Positions 1 to 10,239 of a stretch of 64,000 bases of DNA are shown here, one piece after another. The stretch spans positions 192,001-256,000 of the forward strand of contig JBHLMN010000001.1 of assembly GCA_048938105.1 (NCBI GenBank). The letters run 5' to 3'. Source of the stretch: Promethearchaeota archaeon. Its GTDB lineage: Archaea; Asgardarchaeota; Heimdallarchaeia; Hodarchaeales; Hodarchaeaceae. The position numbers were made by a program, and so were the translations under genes. The notes beneath the pieces are model-generated. The model saw only the letters and a program-made list of their open reading frames with translations, had not been told where the DNA came from and searched no databases. Position 1 is the first letter of the stretch, and the number at the start of each line of letters is the position of its first letter.

Positions 1-902
1 GGGAAGATTTCGGTTTATGTATGCAACCTGAATTTTTAGCAGAAGGACGGTCAATTTTGGATACACTGGAACCTGATAGAATTATCATTGGTGAATTAGA
101 TACTCGTTCAGGGGATATACTCCAACAATTATATGAAGAATTCTATGGTGACCATTTAAAGAAGTGTCCCATTGTACGAATGAATATAGAAAGTGCTGAA
201 CTCGTTAAATATGGAAATAACTGTCTTCTTGCCACTAAAATATCTTATGCAAACGAAATGTCCAGAATTGCAGAACTAGTGTCTGGTGTTGATGTTGTTC
301 AAGTTATGAAAGGAGTAGGCCTTGATTATCGCCTTAATGAGGAATTCCTAGGCGCAGGTGTAGGTTTTGGAGGATCATGCTTTCCCAAGGATGTGAATGC
401 TATTACAGCATTTGCTAAATCACAAGGCTATAATCCACGATTATTTTCTGCAGTTTTAGATATTAATGATGATCAAGCAATGCATGCAGTCGAGTTACTT
501 CAAGAAGAGATTCCAGATTTAACAAATAAACGTGTCGCTCTTTTAGGGTTATCTTTCAAGCCTGGCACCGACGATATGAGATATGCGCCTTCTATCCGCA
601 TAGCTAATCAATTACTTAAGCATGGTGCCACAGTTATAGGTTATGACCCAGTTGCAGAAGAAGCAGCAGAAAAAGTATTAGGTAATTCAATTCTTTATGC
701 GGGAGGAATTCAGGAAGCTCTTGAGAATACTGATGCTGCAATTGTAGTTACGGAATGGAACGAAATTGCCTCAATTAAAGCTGAAGTTTTTAAAAAATGC
801 ATGAAAACACCTATTGTTATAGATGGTCGTAGAGTTTATAACCCCACAACCTATAAAGATCATGTGACTCTTCTTAGTTTTGGTAGAAAGGAAAGAACTT
901 AA
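1..902 (+). CDS. ugd: UDP-glucose/GDP-mannose 6-dehydrogenase family, 5' end outside window
   Basis: Frame is open from base 3 (EDFGLCMQPEFLAEG). Motifs SAELVKY..N..LATKISYANE, GFGGSCFPKD (catalytic Cys), GLSFKPGTDDMR and IDGR. Confidence 0.9.
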   Translation, partial: EDFGLCMQPEFLAEGRSILDTLEPDRIIIGELDTRSGDILQQLYEEFYGDHLKKCPIVRMNIESAELVKYGNNCLLATKISYANEMSRIAELVSGVDVVQVMKGVGLDYRLNEEFLGAGVGFGGSCFPKDVNAITAFAKSQGYNPRLFSAVLDINDDQAMHAVELLQEEIPDLTNKRVALLGLSFKPGTDDMRYAPSIRIANQLLKHGATVIGYDPVAEEAAEKVLGNSILYAGGIQEALENTDAAIVVTEWNEIASIKAEVFKKCMKTPIVIDGRRVYNPTTYKDHVTLLSFGRKERT

Positions 903-970
903 CTTAATATTGTTTATTAGTTTAATCTTTGCATAGGAAATAGCAATCTAAACCTTAGTCTGGAATTTTA

Positions 971-1810
971 ATGCCCCAAAAGACCCGAATTACGATTACA
1001 ATTGATCCTGACATTGTTAAGCAAATTGACGCCGAAATTGATGGAGTATTGATTCGTTCTCGTAGTGAAGCAATCGAAAAATTTGTCAAGCAATATTTAG
1101 GACAACAAAGAATTGCTGTAATTCTTGCAGGGGGGAATCCCGATTCATTACGTACCCTAGAAACAGCAGATTACAGACCCTTACTACCTATTAATGACAA
1201 GACTCTTGTTGAGTACATTATTGATAAGATCATCGCAGCTGGTTTTCAAAAAATCGTCATTATAGGTCAATCAAGTTTGATTAAAGCTATTTATTCTGTT
1301 ATAGCGCCAAATAAACCTTTATTGGAATCAATAGAGTTTATAGAAGAATCTGAATCCTTAGGAACAGCAAAAACGTTGGAACTTTCGCGAAGTTTAATTA
1401 AGAATGATTTCCTTATAGTTCCATGTGATACATATTTTGATTTCAATCTCCAAGATCTATATAATTTCCATCTGCAACAGAATACTTTAGCAACCTTTGC
1501 GATTTATAGTCGTACTTCCTTTGATAGCAAATATAAGGGGATTGTAGAGATGGACGGCTTTCGAATCGTCTCGCATGAAGAAAAACCTAAAGAACCCAAA
1601 AGCCATTTAATTAAAACAATGATTGGTATCCTGTCACCACAAATCTTTGAATATATTCCTCCTGGCCCAGTTGAATGGAGGATTGAACAGGAACTTCTTT
1701 CCCGACTTATTGAACAAAAAAAAGTGCTAGGATATCCTGTTGCAGGAGAATGGTTTAATATTCATACTTTACAAGACCTAACGATGTTGAAATCGTATTT
1801 AGGATATTGA
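971..1810 (+). CDS. Ribbon-helix-helix (CopG-like) domain fused to a sugar-1-phosphate nucleotidyltransferase-like domain
   Basis: N-terminus RITITID..IVKQID...RSRSEAIE is an RHH pattern. It is followed by VILAGG..., LGTA, PCD, EKP and WFNI, the NTP_transferase fold with a degenerate GxGTRL/PK signature. Confidence 0.8.
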   Translation: MPQKTRITITIDPDIVKQIDAEIDGVLIRSRSEAIEKFVKQYLGQQRIAVILAGGNPDSLRTLETADYRPLLPINDKTLVEYIIDKIIAAGFQKIVIIGQSSLIKAIYSVIAPNKPLLESIEFIEESESLGTAKTLELSRSLIKNDFLIVPCDTYFDFNLQDLYNFHLQQNTLATFAIYSRTSFDSKYKGIVEMDGFRIVSHEEKPKEPKSHLIKTMIGILSPQIFEYIPPGPVEWRIEQELLSRLIEQKKVLGYPVAGEWFNIHTLQDLTMLKSYLGY

Positions 1811-2082
1811 GTATTTAAGAAAACAAACAACGAAAACGGAAATACAATTATTTAACTGAACCTTTAGGAAATAAGCTACAATCCTCTTTTAAGCTTTTCA
1901 TGTTAGTTATTTTTGCCAAATAAATTCTCCTTGAAAAATCGTAGTTCAATGAGGGTCAATATTTAAAAATACTAACAAAATAAAACAACAGAAAATTCAC
2001 CAAATTGACTGTAAAGGTTATGTTTTTATTCTTCAAATTTAGTTGCTTGTAAATTGAATTGATCTTGTTTTTCAATTAGGAT

Positions 2083-3429
2083 ATGATTTATGTGTCTACT
2101 CATATCATTGTATTCGGAATGGGCTATGTAGGTATTCCATGTGCAGCATTACTTGCTGATGTTGAAGGATTTCATGTCACAGGTGTTCAGAGAAGATCTG
2201 AAAGATCAGGTTGGAAGATCGATTATCTGAACAGTGGAAAATCTCCTTTCAAGGGAAAAGAACCTGGTCTAGATGAACTTATTAATAAAGTTGTGAAAAG
2301 AGGAACTTTTAATGTTACAGATGATCCATCTGTGTGTTCTACAGCTGATTTTGCTCTCATTGACGTTCAAACACCAACTGATGGGGTACATATTCCTCAA
2401 TATGAGTCTTTAGAGGAGGTAAGTAAGCATATAGGAAAGCATATGGGGAAAGGGATAACTGTGATTGTCGAATCCACAGTTGCTCCAGGTACTACAGAAA
2501 ATATCGTCCGACCTATATTGGAACAAGAATCAGGTATGAAAGCTGGTAAAGATTTCTATTTAGCTTTTTCATTTGAACGTGTTATGCCTGGAAAGCTATT
2601 AGATTATATTATCAATATGCCGCGAGTAATTGGTGGTATTGACAAAACCAGCGCAGAAAAAGCCCATTGGTTGTACAAGCATATTGTAAAAAAAGAAATC
2701 TCAACTACCTCAAGCTGTGTTGCTGCTGAGTTAGCTAAGACAATTGAAAACTCCTATAGAGATGTGAATATTGCTTTCGCCAATGAAATGGCTCTTGTAT
2801 GCGAAAGTATGGGAGTGAATATTTTCGAGATTATTAAACTCATCAATACTCGTCATGACCGTCACATGCATCTCCCTGGAGCTGGTGTAGGAGGACATTG
2901 TCTTCCTAAGGATCCTTGGTTATTGAGATATGGTGTTATGAAGTATGGAACTTATTTTCGTGAACCTGAATTTATTTCTCTTGGAAGAAGGATTAACGAT
3001 CATATGCCTGTTCACATTGTCGAATTAATCAGTGACATGTTTGAAAATCATAATTTAGTGTTTCGTGAGTCAGTTATCACGATCCTTGGTTTGGCATATT
3101 TAGAAGATTCTGACGACCTAAGGAATACTCCTGCTAGACGTGTTGTATCGTTGTTGAGATCACGAAACGCTGAAATTAGACTACACGATCCGTACGTTGA
3201 TTCATTTGATAGTTTCTCTATAGAGAAAGATATCTGGAAGGCATTAAACCGAAGTGATTGTGCTGTTCTCATTACAAAACATTCACAATATTATGAAATC
3301 GATCTCCAAAGGCTGAAAGAGATAATGAGAACACCAATTATTATTGATGGGCGCAATATTTTTTCACAAGAAAAGGTTATGAAAATAGGTATTTCTTATA
3401 GAGGCATTGGAAAAGGAATAAATATTTGA
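2083..3429 (+). CDS. wecC: UDP-N-acetyl-D-mannosamine dehydrogenase family, paralog 1
   Basis: GMGYVG, VQTP, ESTVAPGTT, ERVMPG, KTIENSYRDVNIAFANE, GVGGHCLPKDP. The start may be GTG at 2092. Confidence 0.85.
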   Translation: MIYVSTHIIVFGMGYVGIPCAALLADVEGFHVTGVQRRSERSGWKIDYLNSGKSPFKGKEPGLDELINKVVKRGTFNVTDDPSVCSTADFALIDVQTPTDGVHIPQYESLEEVSKHIGKHMGKGITVIVESTVAPGTTENIVRPILEQESGMKAGKDFYLAFSFERVMPGKLLDYIINMPRVIGGIDKTSAEKAHWLYKHIVKKEISTTSSCVAAELAKTIENSYRDVNIAFANEMALVCESMGVNIFEIIKLINTRHDRHMHLPGAGVGGHCLPKDPWLLRYGVMKYGTYFREPEFISLGRRINDHMPVHIVELISDMFENHNLVFRESVITILGLAYLEDSDDLRNTPARRVVSLLRSRNAEIRLHDPYVDSFDSFSIEKDIWKALNRSDCAVLITKHSQYYEIDLQRLKEIMRTPIIIDGRNIFSQEKVMKIGISYRGIGKGINI

Positions 3430-3435
3430 TTATTT

Positions 3436-3454
3436 TACCTCAACGAGGTATTTT
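3436..3454 (+). terminator. Short hairpin plus T-tract after wecC paralog 1
   Basis: TACCTC-aac-GAGGTA followed by TTTT, a few nt past the stop, between convergent genes. Confidence 0.35.
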
Positions 3455-3602
3455 ACTATTGTTAGCATTTTTAATTGGAATAAAGTGTGAGGAAAGAAGA
3501 ATTCATTTCCCCGATGGAACACAAATATAGAGTTAATGAATTAGAATACATGATCAATTCTTTAAGGGGAAAATGACGGACAAAGCAATTCCATTGTTTT
3601 TA

Positions 3603-4571
3603 TTATGATTTTAGTTTTCCTTGCTTTTCAATCCAATGATATGTTTTTTCTAGTCCTTCTTCTAAACTTACAGAGGGTTCCCAGTTTAGTGTCTTTTTAA
3701 CCAAATTCAAATCAGCATTTCTTCCCCGTACTCCTTGTGGTTTTGTTAAATCATAAGTTTTTTCGATATCCTTTCCTGAGATCTTTATGATGATGTCTGC
3801 TAGCTCTGAAATAGTTACCAATCGATCTGATCCAATATTAAGCGGTTTTTCATAATCACTTGCCATTAATTTGTCTATTCCATATATACAATCATCTATG
3901 TAAAGGAAAGAACGTGTCTGTTCCCCATCACCCCAAATAGTGATTTTGCCTGGATTGGGAGACTGTGCTATTTTTCGACATAAAGCTGCAGGAGCTTTTT
4001 CCTTCCCTCCTTCATAAGTTCCCTCTGGACCATATATATTATGAAATCGGGCAATATGGATCATTAATCCGTAATCTTTTTGAGTAGCCTCACAAATCCT
4101 CTCCATCATCAGTTTTTCCCATCCATAATATGTATCAGGATGTGCAGGAATGGCATCTGTTTCTTTCAATGGAATAACATTTTCAGAGGCCTGTTTTTCC
4201 TCAGGGTAAACACAAGCAGAAGAAGCGAAGAAGAAGCGTTCAATATTATTCTTGACTGCAGCTTTCAGCATATTGATATTTATGAGTCCATTATTAAACA
4301 TTACATCAGCGCCAACTTGTGTAATATAACCAATTCCTCCCATATCTGCAGCAAAATGGAAAATATAATCAACTCCTTTTGTCGCTTTCAGACAATTAGT
4401 GAAATTTCTCATATCTAAGGTGACTTTTTCAGAGTAATATGGTTTCTGTAAATATCCGTCCCATTTAATGTCAACAGCACGAATAAAATTTCCATCCTCG
4501 AAGTATTTTTTCGCTGTATGAGATCCAATGAATCCACCAGCGCCAGTCACTAAGATTTTCTTATCTTTCAC
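3603..4571 (-). CDS. GDP-mannose 3',5'-epimerase-like NAD-dependent epimerase
   Basis: GAGGFIG, AADMGG.GYI, FFASSACVYP, YGWEK, RFHNIYGP, GGKEKAPAALCRK, WGDG.QTRSF and GVRGRN are the GME family signatures. GTG start with AGGAG SD. Confidence 0.85.
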   Translation of the reverse strand: MKDKKILVTGAGGFIGSHTAKKYFEDGNFIRAVDIKWDGYLQKPYYSEKVTLDMRNFTNCLKATKGVDYIFHFAADMGGIGYITQVGADVMFNNGLININMLKAAVKNNIERFFFASSACVYPEEKQASENVIPLKETDAIPAHPDTYYGWEKLMMERICEATQKDYGLMIHIARFHNIYGPEGTYEGGKEKAPAALCRKIAQSPNPGKITIWGDGEQTRSFLYIDDCIYGIDKLMASDYEKPLNIGSDRLVTISELADIIIKISGKDIEKTYDLTKPQGVRGRNADLNLVKKTLNWEPSVSLEEGLEKTYHWIEKQGKLKS

Positions 4572-4820
4572 TTGTTATTTACTCCTAGGCTATCTTCATT
4601 TGCATTTAGAGAAATCAATATGAAAGCTTTTTGCTTTTATTTTTCATAAAGGTGTGGATAGCCTACAACGTATAAAAAATTTAATTTTTTAATGACTTGT
4701 CGAGCTTAACATTTTCTAGATCATATTCCGGAAGGAAAGAAACACAAACCGAATTGTCATTTAATCAAATTTTGGATTTATGAGGTAAATCGTTAAAATG
4801 ATAACTATAGTCATTTTCTC

Positions 4821-5687
4821 TCAAGTTTGACAAAAAAAATAACTTTGAGTAAGAAAAACATTTATACCTAAAAATTTTATAAACAATAGGGGATTGGAGC
4901 GATATTTAAAAAAAGGATGATCATAAAGGGTCGGAATAATAGAAAATTTATTTATGTGGAACCCTTCTTTTTCCAATAGAGTTTTGAATGTCCTGTGTGT
5001 AAAATGATGAGGATGAGGAGTGTCAATTTTGTCAAGAAGAGGAATTAATAAGGTCATTAGAGGATTAATAGTGTGAACATCAATTAGAAGATTTCCACCA
5101 TTCTTAAGAACTCTTCTGAATTCTGCCAATACCTTGCGTGGGAAACTGACATGATCAATCACGTTTTGACATATTAAAATATCAACAGAATTGTTTCTAA
5201 ATGGTAGAATCTCTCCCAAAGCTGAAAAGCGAATAACATCTTTTGTTGCATATTCAAATACTTTAAATTCTTTATATATATCCAATAACGGGTCGATACC
5301 GATCAAGATATTCTTATTTGAGAATTGTTTAGAAAAATGACTCAACCCCGTCAAAAAACCATATGGACCACACCCTACTTCCAATATTGTCTTCGCTTCG
5401 AAACTTTTTCCCAAATACTGGAATCTTGTTAAAGATTTTTGGAAGAAATTAACAATCCGACTAAACTTTGGTGTAAACTTCTCATATTCTTTCTGCCAAA
5501 ATTTACTTTCTTTCTCTTGTGCTAAAATCCATCGGTTACTTAGTATAGTATTCCTCGGGATTAGATTAAGAAGCAACCCGTCATTATCTTTGAAAGTGAT
5601 TTTACAAGTTTTACAATGCGCTGAATCATCTAGCTCGCTTTTACAGTCTGGACAAATTAATAAATGAATAATTTTTTGAAAGCTCAC
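4821..5687 (-). CDS. Class I SAM-dependent methyltransferase with N-terminal Trm112-like Zn ribbon
   Basis: CPDC...CKTC, ILEVGCG, LPFRNNSVD, NVIDHV, RVLKNGG. Confidence 0.85.
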   Translation of the reverse strand: MSFQKIIHLLICPDCKSELDDSAHCKTCKITFKDNDGLLLNLIPRNTILSNRWILAQEKESKFWQKEYEKFTPKFSRIVNFFQKSLTRFQYLGKSFEAKTILEVGCGPYGFLTGLSHFSKQFSNKNILIGIDPLLDIYKEFKVFEYATKDVIRFSALGEILPFRNNSVDILICQNVIDHVSFPRKVLAEFRRVLKNGGNLLIDVHTINPLMTLLIPLLDKIDTPHPHHFTHRTFKTLLEKEGFHINKFSIIPTLYDHPFFKYRSNPLLFIKFLGINVFLTQSYFFCQT

Positions 5688-5946
5688 TAATAGACCACAG
5701 TTGCTATTGAATGTGTTAATTTAAAAAAAAATTTTTTAAGTATTAATAGTTAGAAGTTGAAGAAGTGTTAAATTAATTATATTCAACTAATATACAGATA
5801 AATAATGATGTTTAGATTGTAGAATCAATATCGACAATAATTAAACTATTTTAAGGATATTAATAACACGAATCTGCAAAAAATTGAAATTTAGGAAATT
5901 TTGTCTTCATTAACAACAAAAAGAAAATTCACAGAGTAAGAAAAAT

Positions 5947-7722
5947 ATGTTTAATGAGAAATATAGAAAAATTCTCCTCTTTTCTTATATGAATGTTATA
6001 ATAACATTATTTATTAGATCCTATATTCCAATATATTGGCAAATTGGTCGTTTTTTCTCAGTTCTATCAGGATTTTCCATCCTATTTGTCTCTGGATATT
6101 GGATCACGAATTTTTTAAAAGTTAATGAAGAGGAGGACCTAAAAAAAGATTCAAAATTAGGAATAAACCTATTCAACATATCATTAATCTTAGCTGCAGG
6201 TTTGACATTATCTACCCTCACTGTTGTAAGTAGTATTCTTTTAATTGGATTTTTTTCAAACGAATTATTCTATATTTTCCTTTTAGTTATTACTCTAATC
6301 TATTTGCCCTCATTAAAGGATATTGAATGGAGGAACTCTATTAAGAATAGAAATTTGGAATGGATTAATCAAGTTAAGAATAAAGTAATCCTAAAATTTA
6401 ACCCAAATTTTATAATAATCGTTATAGGCGTAATAATTTGGTTTTTTGGATGCACTTTAGATCCAATTTTGATTTATCGTATAGGATTAAATAGAATTCA
6501 GATCCAGATGTTTTCCTTTTTGCTAATTTTTTTTGCTTCGATATATTCGATTAGATCCAAGAATAATTGGACAACATTAATATCAATTTTTTTATTATTA
6601 TTATTCACAAGAATTTGTATTTACCAAGAAGAATTCATTATTGGATCTGACTCGACTACTCATTATGAGAGATTTCTACAAATATCTGAAAATCCTCAGG
6701 TTATGTTTGATCTAGTACCAATAAATTTATTTGCTCCAATAACTTATTCATGGATGATATTTCTGAATATATATGGCAATGATTATATTATTCCTTTCAG
6801 CTTCATTTTATTAAGTTGTTTCGCGTATATGTGTATATATGCTCTAGGAATAAAGTTAACATCTTTCAAAATCGCTAGTATAGGATTATTGTTTTCAACT
6901 ATTGAATTTACTACATTTCAATTTGGTTTTGAAATCAGAACTTTTACAATTGCCCTTATGTATATCGCATTATGGGCTCATTCTTTATTTGAATTTAAAG
7001 AACGCAAACAGAACCAAGTTATTCATATGCTACTTCTTGCCCTCATTGGACTTTCTCACATCACCTCATTCCTCATTATTTTACTAATTGAAGGTTGTTT
7101 ATCACTCTTTTTCCTGATTGAGAAATTGAATGATGTTCTCTTTCAAGGAACTATCATTCTTTCAAAGTTTCCTATTACTACACAATTGATTTTATTCCTA
7201 TCACCAATTTTTTTGATACTTTCTTTCTCTTTTTATTATTCCAACGAATCTATTAAATGGATTATAGATGTTTTACTTAATAGAAATCCCATTTATTACA
7301 TTTCATTTGATTTAAACCGTATTCCAGGACTTTCATCTGCGATATATGGCCCTATTGGAATGATAATTATCTGGTTAAGCAGAATTTCCTTTATGATAGT
7401 GATTCTTTTTGCTTTTGTTATCCATCCCAAAAACCTTACAAGATTTACAAAATATCTAAGAATATTAATTGAGGATCCTTTATCACGATTATTAATCTAT
7501 ATTGTTTTTTCGTTAAGTTTAATATTTTTCATAACCTTATTTATTCCCGAGGTGCTTTCTCCATCACGAATTTATGTTTTATTAGTATTACCTATGGGAT
7601 TTTTATTAGGCTTGTCAGAGAAGTCTTTAAATAAAAAGACAAATTATTATACAGGAATAATTTGCTTTCTCTTTTTATTAAACACCCTCATTAGATTTCC
7701 TAACTATTTTAAGATGGTTTAG
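5947..7722 (+). CDS. Polytopic membrane protein, GT-C/glycan polymerase-like
   Basis: Many hydrophobic segments, a GSD..THY loop and SH.TS motif, in glycan-locus context. Confidence 0.55.
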   Translation: MFNEKYRKILLFSYMNVIITLFIRSYIPIYWQIGRFFSVLSGFSILFVSGYWITNFLKVNEEEDLKKDSKLGINLFNISLILAAGLTLSTLTVVSSILLIGFFSNELFYIFLLVITLIYLPSLKDIEWRNSIKNRNLEWINQVKNKVILKFNPNFIIIVIGVIIWFFGCTLDPILIYRIGLNRIQIQMFSFLLIFFASIYSIRSKNNWTTLISIFLLLLFTRICIYQEEFIIGSDSTTHYERFLQISENPQVMFDLVPINLFAPITYSWMIFLNIYGNDYIIPFSFILLSCFAYMCIYALGIKLTSFKIASIGLLFSTIEFTTFQFGFEIRTFTIALMYIALWAHSLFEFKERKQNQVIHMLLLALIGLSHITSFLIILLIEGCLSLFFLIEKLNDVLFQGTIILSKFPITTQLILFLSPIFLILSFSFYYSNESIKWIIDVLLNRNPIYYISFDLNRIPGLSSAIYGPIGMIIIWLSRISFMIVILFAFVIHPKNLTRFTKYLRILIEDPLSRLLIYIVFSLSLIFFITLFIPEVLSPSRIYVLLVLPMGFLLGLSEKSLNKKTNYYTGIICFLFLLNTLIRFPNYFKMV

Positions 7723-7761
7723 ATTACTAATAAAATAATAGATGGATTAAATTTTGATTTT

Positions 7762-8451
7762 TCAGTTTTTAATGAAGGTGTAGTTCCATTTGTCGATATT
7801 TACTAGATCATATTTCCTATTAATCAACTTACGAATCATATCTCTAACTTTAGATAGTGGCATAGGTTGATGAAATTCGACACATAAAATCTTTATTTCT
7901 AATCTATCTTCAATTATGCTCTCTAAAACCTCATATTCAGCCCCCTCTATATTGAGCTTAGCTAGATCTATGTGTTGATGACCTAAATCTTTCATTATAT
8001 TAGACAATCTTTTACATGACGCAATAAAGAATTTTCTTGTTCCTTGCAAATTTAAAATTGAATAAGATACGTGTAAAGGATTTCTAGGTGCGAAAAATTT
8101 TAATTCGACATCAGATGACCATAATCCAATATCATAAAAATGAAAGTTAGGGATTTTGGAAAAGTTTTTCTTAATATACTTTATTGCTCTTGGTGTTGGG
8201 TCAAAAGCATATACTTGACAAGAAAAACGATTTATAAGTTCCAAATCAAACGATATATCCTCACCTACTCCTATACAATAACAGATAGATTCTTTATCCA
8301 ATAAATTAATAGGAATAACCCATCCGCCATAATCACTTCCAAGTTTTTCGAGATGATCATATTTTTTAGGTTTAAAGTAAATTTTTAATATTAATCCTTT
8401 AATGAAATATAAGATTTGCTCCGAAATCCGAAAAAAAAGCATTATTATCAT
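7762..8451 (-). CDS. FkbM family methyltransferase
   Basis: GSDYGGW, GVGEDISFD, FDPTP, KLNIEGAEY, VEFH. Confidence 0.85.
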   Translation of the reverse strand: MIIMLFFRISEQILYFIKGLILKIYFKPKKYDHLEKLGSDYGGWVIPINLLDKESICYCIGVGEDISFDLELINRFSCQVYAFDPTPRAIKYIKKNFSKIPNFHFYDIGLWSSDVELKFFAPRNPLHVSYSILNLQGTRKFFIASCKRLSNIMKDLGHQHIDLAKLNIEGAEYEVLESIIEDRLEIKILCVEFHQPMPLSKVRDMIRKLINRKYDLVNIDKWNYTFIKN

Positions 8452-8945
8452 CTTATCTATCTGGGGAAGAATTTCCTTGAGAGTATGCCATATTTCCTTA
8501 AGTAATTATTAATAAATTAATGATGGATGTTTAGTAGACCTCTTAGATGGATTACAAGGTATTAATAAGAATGGATCAGAAACCAATTTTTAAAAGAGTT
8601 CTGCATCATGATGGACTTTTTTCAATAAACAGCTATTAAAAGCATTTTTCAGAAAATCAATCTCAGAAAAAAATGGATTAATGTAGATTATCACTAATTT
8701 ACCTTAAGTTGATATGTTATTTATCAATTAAGGCAAAAAGAAGATAACCTAATTTTTCGATTAGAAATGATGATGACCAAGCGCTTATAAAATTCCTTAA
8801 AAAAATGTGCTAATTTCCGCAGGTTAGCTCTTATATAATAATATTGTAACTTTTTAACTCAGATTTCTCAAAATCATTATTGAATCAAATCAATTTTAAG
8901 GATTAATTGATTTAAAATTTTCACCATTTTACAAGATGATTAAAT

Positions 8946-10106
8946 TTGGTTTTAGAGTCTTTAAAAGTAGATATTTCTCCTCAATTTAGAGCAGTCTTTG
9001 TAAGTGAAAGTATTGATTTCTTATCTAAAGCGATATTTTGGTTTATTTCTAGCATATACATGAACAAAACTGAATATGGTTATTTATCATACTTTATTTC
9101 TCTTTCAACATTCTTTTCTCTAATTTCCATTTTTGGATTAAACAGACTAGTGCTAATCAAGGGGGAAGATAACTCGAATCTTTTCTTTACTACTATAATA
9201 ACAATTTTTTTCACTTCTCTTCTTACTGGATTTCTTCTTATTCCTATAAATATTGCCTCATGGGTTTTTTTATTGAGTTTAAGCGTACAAAGTATCGTTA
9301 TTTCATTTATTTTAGCAAACCAACAGTTTCAAAATTACAGAAATCTAAGAATAGTCCAATTGGGAACTCTTCTTCTTTTCTATTTGCCATTAACTTTTTC
9401 CATGGGTTATAATGGCTCCATTTTAAGTTTGAGCATATCTAATTGCATGAGTCTTTTTCTCATTTTCTCAGAATTATCAGAACAAACTGAAAGAATAAAA
9501 TTTGACTTCAATATTTACAAATCAAATCTTCGTTTTTTGGTGATTTCTGCATTATTAGGAATTTTGGGTAGTTCGACGACAGCAATCGATAAACTTATGA
9601 TCGAGATCTCTTTTGGAATTGAATCTTTAGCGGAATTTCAATTCTCATCCCAATTCTTGGCAGCATTGAATATAATTGTGGTCATAGGATATTCTTATGT
9701 TCAACCTAAAAAGGTTAAAAGAGAAGATACCAAAAGAATAGAACGCTTTTTAATTTGGTTCTCGATTCTTTGTTGCAGCTTCATGTTAATAGGTTATCCA
9801 TTATTAATATTCTTTTTTTTCACAATTTATTCAAATACTATATTGCTAGGATTATTTCTTTTTCCCAATGTTGTTATACGTGTATTAATTATGTTGAAAC
9901 GTGCTGATTGTTATGCATTCGACAAAGTTACTACTTACCTAAGCTCTGAAATATTAATGATTCTAATCTATATTGGTGGTTTCGTCGGCACCAAAATATT
10001 TATTTCAATGATCGATATTTCAATAGTTGGTCTCTTCTTGATTGCAGGAAGCTTATCTCAATACCTTTTTTTAAATATTAAATTAAGATCACAATTAGAT
10101 TATTAA
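8946..10106 (+). CDS. Oligosaccharide flippase (Wzx/MOP family)
   Basis: About 12 TM segments, EYGYLSY.....S..S..GL and IDKLMI motifs. Confidence 0.7.
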   Translation: MVLESLKVDISPQFRAVFVSESIDFLSKAIFWFISSIYMNKTEYGYLSYFISLSTFFSLISIFGLNRLVLIKGEDNSNLFFTTIITIFFTSLLTGFLLIPINIASWVFLLSLSVQSIVISFILANQQFQNYRNLRIVQLGTLLLFYLPLTFSMGYNGSILSLSISNCMSLFLIFSELSEQTERIKFDFNIYKSNLRFLVISALLGILGSSTTAIDKLMIEISFGIESLAEFQFSSQFLAALNIIVVIGYSYVQPKKVKREDTKRIERFLIWFSILCCSFMLIGYPLLIFFFFTIYSNTILLGLFLFPNVVIRVLIMLKRADCYAFDKVTTYLSSEILMILIYIGGFVGTKIFISMIDISIVGLFLIAGSLSQYLFLNIKLRSQLDY

Positions 10107-10239
10107 TTTTCCTATTAAGAAATCTGAAATTTTAAGAAATTAAATTGAATGATAGCTCTATAATGAAATTCATGTTAATTAATCTGATTACTAAAATCTA
10201 ATTCTATTATCTTTATGGTTATATCGCATAAATTTCTTT

